Below are positions 48,151 to 54,508 of a DNA stretch of 54,508 nt, piece by piece (position 1 is the stretch's first letter; the number at the start of each line of letters is the position of its first letter). The position numbers and the translations under genes are program-made. The notes beneath the pieces were generated by a model that saw only the letters and a list, made by a program, of their open reading frames with translations, was not told the DNA's origin and did not search any database. Origin of the DNA: an uncultured virus (IMG/VR IMGVR_UViG_3300046167_000912) (taxonomy: Duplodnaviria; Heunggongvirae; Uroviricota; Caudoviricetes); IMG/VR virus record IMGVR_UViG_3300046167_000912, one strand, 5' to 3'.

Positions 48151-50748
48151 TTAAACCAAAAGGGCTTTAATAGACCGACCCTCATGCTGTACATCCCATT
48201 CTTCTCTCAAGACCCTCCTTGATTTGATCCACTGTGCCAGCCTCTCCACAGTTTCTGGATCTAAAGCCGACACTTGGAAGACTTCGATGGGGGGTAGGTC
48301 TGCGACCTCCTCTTTCGGTTTCTCTACCTCAATAGGCTTCTGCCCCCCAAAGATTTTGACCAACTCATCGTCGCCCTCTCCCTGCTCGATGTCTTTGAGA
48401 TCATAAGGGACAGTCCAAGTCTTACCGAGTTCCACATCGACGAGGAGAGGGATAGGCCAATTCATCTTTTGAATGACTGTGTTCTTGGTCATCAGGTTAG
48501 AGATGACTTCAATGGCTTCTTTGAGGATGTCCTTGTGGATCTCAAAAACAATCTCGTCATGCACTGTGAGGATCATAAGGAGTTTCTTTTGCCAACCCAT
48601 CTCAAGAACCTTGTCATAGATTAGTGCCATAGCCAGCTTAGTTACGTCTGCAGATGTTCCTTGAATAGGTCCGTTGAGAGCCTTGCGTTCATCTTTCGAC
48701 TTGAAGCGGTACTCGTCAGACTTGATATCAGGGAGTGGCTGTATTCTACCCATTGCAGTTTTCACATAACCATGAGCTCTCGCAAACTCATGTTGACGCT
48801 TCCACCATCTGATGAGACCCGAATATGTCTTTGTGAAGACTCGGTACTTCTCGTCTCCCTCTTTCGCACCACAACCGATAGATCGCTGTACTGCCTTCCC
48901 TGTGCCTCCATAACAAAGGGCGAAGTTACACGCTTTACCGTTGCCTCGCAGAACCTTCCAATCCTCTCTCTGCTTTGCACTATCGCCATAGAAGGCGACT
49001 GCCGTACCTGTATGGAGATCCCCGATCTTATCTGACCCGCAGGTGCAGATTGACGGAGGGGGCAGAGGAAACCCATCTTCACCCTCTGTCATATCATAAG
49101 CCTTGCCACAGTCACTACAGGAGTAGAATGCGTTGACCCATTTGGGTTCTCTGCTCAAGTTGGTCACAAGCCTAAGCTCCACGCCCGCATAGTCAACGGC
49201 GGCGAGCCAGAAGTCTTTATCGCGTACTGTGATGCAGTCCCTCATAAGTCTAATGCAGTCAGGCTTACTCTTGTCATAGGTAGCTGGGATACCCTGAAAA
49301 GGAACTCGGCATCCGCCATCTCTCACTTTCCAAGGCTGTTTGTTTGTCTTACAAGAAAACCTGCCCGTATCAGCAGACATCTGGTCAAACTTAGGCTTCA
49401 GAGTCCCGTCAATACCTACATCCTCGACAAAAGGAATCAGGTATTGACCAAGAGCTTTAGCTAGATTTCGGAAGGACTTTATCTTCCCCATGAAAGGGAA
49501 GTCTTTGGATGCGTTCTCTACTACAGATTCGAGAATGTCCCTAGCTGTTGCGACCTGCCCAGATTTCTCCGTAACGGTTAGACCTGGAACACTCATCTCT
49601 CTGAAAAGAAGACCTAGTTGCTGGGGGCTTAAGATGTCATAAACTGAGGGGAATTCAATGTCCTCTAGCCCTTCTGCTTTCCTTCTTGGGTCTGAACTCA
49701 AGCGAGGGACTTCTTTACGGATCTTCACTTGAGAATCAGGGTAGTTGCGAAGAGCTTCCTTTCTCGCCTCATCTACTCGAGTCTTGTAACTCATGCCTTC
49801 TACTTCCATAGGGTCAAACAAGTTAACACCTTTGATCTCACCCTTAAGAATACGGAGGTAGTTCGGTGTAATGTCACGACCCAAGATATCATTTGCACCG
49901 CCGTAGACCTCAAGAAGAGAATTAAACCATAACTTTTGCCCCTCCTGACAGAAGGTAAGGGCTCTCTTCCTATCGACGTAGACTCTGTTTCTCATCATCC
50001 ATCGAGTAGCTACTAGGACTTTCTTTTCAAGTGTATAGATGAAAGAAGAATGATGCACCGCCTCCGTGTATTCTTTGTTGAGTATTTCAAAAATACCCAC
50101 AGTGTTCATAGCGTCAGCTGCGGCATATAAAACACAAGCTGACCAACTAGGATCTAACTTAGAGTAATCTTTCACATTGCTCTTTGGGATGAGGTCTTCT
50201 AACTCAATCATCTCCCTCTTGAGTATCCCTTTTGACATCTGCTTCAGACCACGTCCGCCCTTTTCTCTAGGGTTTAGCAAGTACTTCAAGATCTTAGTAT
50301 CATGCCATAGTCGAGGAGTATTCCACCTCTCCGCACCAAGAGCGTCAACGTAGCCGTTAAACTCAAGGAACTCCATGTCAAAACCTGCATTCTGTAAGAC
50401 AGGCTGTGCTTTAACAGACACATCAAAGAGCCTCTTTAATGCACCACCCATGAGTCTCCAAGAAATATTGTGACTTGACCCCTCACTGTGAGTTAAAGGG
50501 AAATAATAGCCCTTGTCCTTGCTTGGAGCTAGGCAGATGCCTACGATCTTATCTTTGGTAACCCCGTCAAAGACCCTCTGATCTAAGCCCGTTGTTTCCA
50601 CATCAAGACCATAGAAGTCTGAATTAATGCATTCCTCGATGCACCCCTCAAGGTTATCTGTCGTCCCCAAGATGAGTTCGCAATCACTCATCCACTCTTT
50701 AGGCTCAATCTTTGGCCTGCGGAGTCCTTCAAGCATATCTGTAAACAT
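48151..50748 (-). CDS. polA: Family A DNA polymerase with 3'-5' exonuclease
   Basis: Exo I LDVETTGL, Exo II NAGFD, Exo III YAAAD; motif A DYAGVELR, motif B R...KACNFALCYG (Phe at the E. coli 762 position), motif C VHDE. Confidence 0.96.
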   Translation of the reverse strand: MFTDMLEGLRRPKIEPKEWMSDCELILGTTDNLEGCIEECINSDFYGLDVETTGLDQRVFDGVTKDKIVGICLAPSKDKGYYFPLTHSEGSSHNISWRLMGGALKRLFDVSVKAQPVLQNAGFDMEFLEFNGYVDALGAERWNTPRLWHDTKILKYLLNPREKGGRGLKQMSKGILKREMIELEDLIPKSNVKDYSKLDPSWSACVLYAAADAMNTVGIFEILNKEYTEAVHHSSFIYTLEKKVLVATRWMMRNRVYVDRKRALTFCQEGQKLWFNSLLEVYGGANDILGRDITPNYLRILKGEIKGVNLFDPMEVEGMSYKTRVDEARKEALRNYPDSQVKIRKEVPRLSSDPRRKAEGLEDIEFPSVYDILSPQQLGLLFREMSVPGLTVTEKSGQVATARDILESVVENASKDFPFMGKIKSFRNLAKALGQYLIPFVEDVGIDGTLKPKFDQMSADTGRFSCKTNKQPWKVRDGGCRVPFQGIPATYDKSKPDCIRLMRDCITVRDKDFWLAAVDYAGVELRLVTNLSREPKWVNAFYSCSDCGKAYDMTEGEDGFPLPPPSICTCGSDKIGDLHTGTAVAFYGDSAKQREDWKVLRGNGKACNFALCYGGTGKAVQRSIGCGAKEGDEKYRVFTKTYSGLIRWWKRQHEFARAHGYVKTAMGRIQPLPDIKSDEYRFKSKDERKALNGPIQGTSADVTKLAMALIYDKVLEMGWQKKLLMILTVHDEIVFEIHKDILKEAIEVISNLMTKNTVIQKMNWPIPLLVDVELGKTWTVPYDLKDIEQGEGDDELVKIFGGQKPIEVEKPKEEVADLPPIEVFQVSALDPETVERLAQWIKSRRVLREEWDVQHEGRSIKALLV

Positions 50749-50816
50749 GTGTTTCCTTAATGTCGGTTTGTTATCCCTCTCTTATAGATTACAGCCCAGA
50801 CATTAATATAAACTTG

Positions 50817-51491
50817 TCACCTTGATCTGCGAAACCGTTCTATCTCTTCTCGGTCACTAGGACTTTCAAGATCCTCGAAGTTAACACTTTGCTCTTCTTG
50901 AATCTTATCTTCAAGCTTGGAGGTCAATTCATACAAGAACTTCACAGGTGTGAGCACCGCTTTGAAGATAAATAGCGGGAACTTGATGAAAACAAACCCT
51001 AAGAAGGAGGCAAAGACTGACGGCAAAGAATCCGCAATTATAAGGAAAAAAATGTAGCCCATTCCAAAAATACAAATACAAGCAATAACTAGGACAGCAA
51101 AGCCGAAGGTGGACGCCGTGAGCCAAGCTAATGTCTTAATCAGCCAAGCGGGTGCCCCAAGGAAAGTCAAAAAGCTGGCTTTTTTACTTAGTGTATCCTC
51201 ATTTAAGAGACCTCTCGCAATCTCTTCTCTGTTTTCAAAAATATCAACGAGCTGATTGAATTGGTTCTTATGGGGCTTGGAAGAGATTTTATCTAAGACG
51301 ATGTCTCTCGACCTTATGACCTTACGGTTCTTGGCCTGCTTGACTACATTAGCTAGACCAACTTCGCGGATCGCACTCTTGATAACGGACGCTTCTTTTT
51401 TGTGTTTCTTCAAAGCACCCGCAACCAAACTATTGAAAGAGGCGACTTTATGCCTCCTCACAACTCTTTGTACGGCTAACTTTCTATTCAT
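50817..51491 (-). CDS. Basic protein with a long hydrophobic C-terminal half
   Basis: AGAGGT RBS before ATG 51491 (MNRKLAV...); 2-3 TM-like segments. Confidence 0.7.
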   Translation of the reverse strand: MNRKLAVQRVVRRHKVASFNSLVAGALKKHKKEASVIKSAIREVGLANVVKQAKNRKVIRSRDIVLDKISSKPHKNQFNQLVDIFENREEIARGLLNEDTLSKKASFLTFLGAPAWLIKTLAWLTASTFGFAVLVIACICIFGMGYIFFLIIADSLPSVFASFLGFVFIKFPLFIFKAVLTPVKFLYELTSKLEDKIQEEQSVNFEDLESPSDREEIERFRRSR

Positions 51492-51529
51492 ATCACACCT
51501 CTTTCTGTTATAGTCACCTGCAGTGTACG

Positions 51530-51541
51530 ATAAAAAAGTTA
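51530..51541 (-). promoter_or_regulatory. Putative late promoter motif (TAACTTTTTTAT)
   Basis: Shared motif, 38 nt upstream of ATG 51491. Confidence 0.5.
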
Positions 51542-51556
51542 TTAAGGAGATCGACA

Positions 51557-52645
51557 ATGCCAGAATTAAGTTTTAACTATGTAACATACGGACTTCTGAG
51601 CTTTTTCATGTTGTCCGTAGGAGGCAACGCTTGGACTGTGTACAAGACCACAAAGATGGAGAGTACTATACAGGAGCAACTAAGTGGGAAGCTCGCGAAG
51701 ACCGCTCAAGATATCGCATCTCTGAATGAGAGCGTTGGGACAATAACGTCTAAGATGGTCAAAAGATCAGAACTCGACAGCTTTGCGGACGAAATCATAG
51801 GGGGTCTAAGCGAGAAAACTCAATCCTCCATAAGAAGTTATATGGGTAAGACAGGAGCTCGTATAGATGATATCAGTGAGAGATTCGTTAAGATGGAAGG
51901 GGATTTAGATAAAGGTACCGCAAGGATCGGGAGTAGGACAACTAGGGCAAGAGAGCCTAAACCTAAGCCTCCTGAAAGCTGGAAAGGTGTCACCCGTGAC
52001 GACCAACACAAATGCGAAGACCACCCAGAGAGATGTGAGCCATTTCAGTTCACATGGGAATCCCCATTCTCCATAAACGGCAGACCTATCTATACGTTCT
52101 CTAGTGAGAACCTATGGGAAAAGCGAGGCAAGGTCTCTCTTAATCTAGCTTTCAAGGTAGTTGCGATGACCTTCAGAGAAGGGGATCGCCTTGGAGACGG
52201 AGCCGTTCAAAATCAAGGCGTTCACGTCATGGCAGGATACATCAGCCCTAAAGGGGGTTTTATCCCTATACCTGGATTAGAGAGTAAACTCCTCAGAGGC
52301 GACAGTAACCTCGACCCCAGATTGAAATACGTACCGAAAGTAGATGCTGGAAGAGAGCGACTTGGCTTGAGTTTATTCGAGCCGAGTCTCTTGGTCGGGT
52401 CTACATATCAAGGAGGGGGCTTTGGGCTGTCTGTGGGGGGGAGCTTTGTGAACTTCTATAAGGGTGACTACAGAATAGGAGCAAACCTTGTTTTAACTGA
52501 AGACACCCCCTATCTCGGGGCGAATGTAACATGGCACCCTAGAATCGCGGGTAAGAATCTCAACATCGCACCAAGTCTAGGGTGGGTCATAGATAAAGAG
52601 GGGGGCAACACTTGGTCTCTGGGAGTCCACTTTCAAGTGTGGTGA
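51557..52645 (+). CDS. Envelope protein: N-terminal TM/signal, coiled coil, C-terminal amphipathic beta-strands
   Basis: AAGGAG RBS; hydrophobic aa 8-29; alternating G/aromatic strands ending WSLGVHFQVW. Confidence 0.7.
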   Translation: MPELSFNYVTYGLLSFFMLSVGGNAWTVYKTTKMESTIQEQLSGKLAKTAQDIASLNESVGTITSKMVKRSELDSFADEIIGGLSEKTQSSIRSYMGKTGARIDDISERFVKMEGDLDKGTARIGSRTTRAREPKPKPPESWKGVTRDDQHKCEDHPERCEPFQFTWESPFSINGRPIYTFSSENLWEKRGKVSLNLAFKVVAMTFREGDRLGDGAVQNQGVHVMAGYISPKGGFIPIPGLESKLLRGDSNLDPRLKYVPKVDAGRERLGLSLFEPSLLVGSTYQGGGFGLSVGGSFVNFYKGDYRIGANLVLTEDTPYLGANVTWHPRIAGKNLNIAPSLGWVIDKEGGNTWSLGVHFQVW

Positions 52646-53031
52646 ACCTTCCTCTTCAAGTATTTCTCAAAGCACCTCCTGTCTTTAGGGTGAAGCTCTA
52701 GTTCGAGCACCTCTGGAATTGAAATCCACATATAATCACTGTGTTCACGGTCTAGGCGAGGCTTAAACTCCATTCCAACCTCGCCTATGAACATAGTGTA
52801 GAACCTGCTCTCAGTGTGGTCTGAGACTCTTATGAAGGGAACTGATATCCCTATCTCCTCTTCTGTCTCTCTAATTGCTGTCTCATAAGCACTTTCATCT
52901 TTCTCCGAAGTACCTCCTGGAAAGTCCCAATACCCAGAGAAAGGGTCTTCCTTGTAATGAGCCCTTTTTAAAACAAGGGTCTTCTTACCGCACACAACCA
53001 TAATCCCAGCTCCCATATCGTATGTCTCCAT
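52633..53031 (-). CDS. NUDIX hydrolase
   Basis: GGTSEKDESAYETAIRETEEEIGI fits the Nudix box; AAGGAG RBS before ATG 53031. Confidence 0.93.
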   Translation of the reverse strand: METYDMGAGIMVVCGKKTLVLKRAHYKEDPFSGYWDFPGGTSEKDESAYETAIRETEEEIGISVPFIRVSDHTESRFYTMFIGEVGMEFKPRLDREHSDYMWISIPEVLELELHPKDRRCFEKYLKRKVHHT

Positions 53032-53210
53032 TCTTTTTTCTCCTTTGTTCGAGTCATCACTGTTGGACAACAGTATAAGAAGATCGTTATCAAAGGAATG
53101 AGAAAATAAAAGAAAACGGAACTCAGATCTTATAAGTAAGTGGTCTTATTGGGTCTATTGGACCATGCATACGATTGTTTACAAAGTGTGAAACACGAAC
53201 AAGGATTAAC

Positions 53211-53816
53211 ATGAATATTAAAGAAACGGCAGTTAACGTCTTCTCACGGAGACACACCCCAGATTCCCCTCTCAGCCACTCAACTCTCGAACATGAAAAA
53301 GTCGCTGAGCTACTTCGGGTCGCGACCTCAATCCGAGATGGTTATGAGCCAGATAACTATGATAGTGGAGGTCGAGCCATTGTTGCCACACTCCCTTCTG
53401 AATACAATGAGCACTTCTTCAGCGGAGTCGCCATTGTCGAAGAGGGAGAAGAAGTACTTGAGGGGTTCAGGTCGAGAGTAGAGGGAGAATTGCCTCGACC
53501 CTACCGCGAGGTAATCCGAACCCAGAAGCCGAGTGCGAAGGCAGTAGAGCTTATCTTCTACAACTCAAAAGCACTAGCCTTAACAGGGAGTAATGAGCTT
53601 CCTATAGACGACGCGAATTGGGAACTCGTCTCAATTAATGCGTATCCCGATACCAACAACGCATTCCCCCCAATCCAACCATACGCTTTAAAAGCGAACT
53701 ACTATGGACTCGACGGCGGGACACCTACAAACTACACCGAAGAAGATTTTTTGGATCTCCTCACGATATCAGAAGCCTATTGGCATAACAAGGCTATGAT
53801 TCGAGTCGAGCCTTGA
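53211..53816 (+). CDS. DUF3228-like protein
   Basis: DGY...RVEGELP...ELIFYN...WELVSINA...PIQP...N..G..GGT...YW pattern recalled for DUF3228. Confidence 0.55.
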   Translation: MNIKETAVNVFSRRHTPDSPLSHSTLEHEKVAELLRVATSIRDGYEPDNYDSGGRAIVATLPSEYNEHFFSGVAIVEEGEEVLEGFRSRVEGELPRPYREVIRTQKPSAKAVELIFYNSKALALTGSNELPIDDANWELVSINAYPDTNNAFPPIQPYALKANYYGLDGGTPTNYTEEDFLDLLTISEAYWHNKAMIRVEP

Positions 53817-53840
53817 TGATGCCCTGCTATTCGAGGCTCG
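53807..53840. terminator. Hairpin between convergent genes
   Basis: CGAGCCTTGA-14 nt-TCGAGGCTCG (one G:U pair). Confidence 0.4.
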
Positions 53841-53843
53841 TAG

Positions 53844-54482
53844 TTACACACCCCTCTCATATTTGATGACCTCATCAACTAGGCCGAAATCAAGACACTT
53901 CTTAGGGTTCATGTATAGATCTCTCTTAAGGAGTGACTTAAGCTCTTTCTTTTTGATGTTTGTGTGCTTGAGGTAAATAGACTCTAGCATCTCCATCAAA
54001 GAGTCCATAGACTCCTTTTCGTCAGAGAGATTCTCGTAAGTACCCCAGACACCCGTGCTTACTTGGTGGATAAGCATGAAGCTGTGTTCTGTGATATGCC
54101 TTCGAGCCCCCACGCAAGACAAGACAGTCGCGGCGGACGCGGCAGAACCTTCCACATAAGTAAAAACGGGTACTTCAGACTCTAGTATATGACTCGCTCC
54201 CGCGAGACCACTAAAGACACACCCGCCAGGAGAGTTGATGTGAAGATGGATAGCTGGGACACTAGGGAGGCTGAGGTCGGTCATAAGATTAATGATCTGC
54301 TGGCCGACTGACCTAATAGCAATACCCATGTCCATGATAGACTTAGGTGTGATCGCTTGATAAAGGTAAATATGGTTCTCACAAACTGTAATATCCCCAT
54401 AATAAGGAGATCCGTCTGTGGCCATAGGCTGACGTGAAGTAGGGGAGTTCTCGCCCTCATAAATTCTTCTGTTGGCTCTCAT
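53844..54482 (-). CDS. clpP: ClpP-family serine protease
   Basis: INSPGG, AASAAT (Ser), MLIHQ (His), RDLYM (Asp). Confidence 0.9.
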   Translation of the reverse strand: MRANRRIYEGENSPTSRQPMATDGSPYYGDITVCENHIYLYQAITPKSIMDMGIAIRSVGQQIINLMTDLSLPSVPAIHLHINSPGGCVFSGLAGASHILESEVPVFTYVEGSAASAATVLSCVGARRHITEHSFMLIHQVSTGVWGTYENLSDEKESMDSLMEMLESIYLKHTNIKKKELKSLLKRDLYMNPKKCLDFGLVDEVIKYERGV

Positions 54483-54508
54483 TACAAGTCTTCCTCTCGA
54501 ATTACATA

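Larger units (their letters stand above)
1..54508. mobile_element. Segment of a large myovirus-like (probably jumbo) bacteriophage genome
   Basis: Dense coding; tube-chaperone-tape measure-hub-spike gene order; 1000-1900 aa structural proteins; phage-type family A polymerase lacking a 5'-3' exonuclease; SNF2 and ClpP; no host core genes or integrase. Confidence 0.9.

Noticed and set aside
46352..48374. Diversity-generating retroelement TR/VR pair
   Set aside because: Differences between the copies are not adenine-specific, there is no reverse transcriptase in the window, and the junction is explained by microhomology
48151..50748. Intein or intron in the polymerase
   Set aside because: Continuous ORF; inserts are under 80 aa and lack C/S...HN splice ends or homing endonuclease motifs
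1..54508. Stop-codon reassignment
   Set aside because: Long ORFs tile the window under code 11, and TAA, TAG and TGA all end confident genes
1..54508. tRNA genes or CRISPR mini-array
   Set aside because: Intergenic gaps are short and none showed a cloverleaf/TTCGA arm or regularly spaced repeats by eye; tRNAscan-SE would confirm

Overview
A 54.5 kb segment of a large (probably jumbo) contractile-tailed dsDNA phage genome; no rRNA, tRNA, CRISPR array or host housekeeping operon was seen. Bases 1-20.8 kb (+) encode very large tail-fibre/baseplate-type structural proteins, including two paralogue pairs. Bases 22.1-36.0 kb (-) are a convergent tail-morphogenesis operon (tube, two chaperones, tape measure, two tube-initiator-like proteins, hub, spike). 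Bases 36-54.5 kb are mixed-strand and contain an SNF2 ATPase, an orphan DNA methyltransferase, a type IB topoisomerase, a family A DNA polymerase, a NUDIX hydrolase, a ClpP-like protease and small accessory genes. Main observations: (1) a 12-nt motif TAVYYNNTWTAT lies 29-44 nt upstream of nine genes. Three are tail/structural genes and six are scattered basic proteins (pentapeptide repeat, ChaB-like, DUF3140-like, TopIB, two hydrophobic), most of which share K/R-x-A-S and/or (V/L)ARK(V/I)-type peptides. This suggests a late regulon of virion-packaged payload proteins. (2) A base-resolvable recombination scar at 45.1-46.6 kb joins two alleles of one locus (MTase versus TopIB cargo) through a 7-nt microhomology. 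(3) The polymerase has a 4-Cys insert and an insert at the T7 thioredoxin-binding-domain position. (4) One gene is a candidate inverted single-chain spanin-like protein. All family calls are by eye from motifs, not from database searches.
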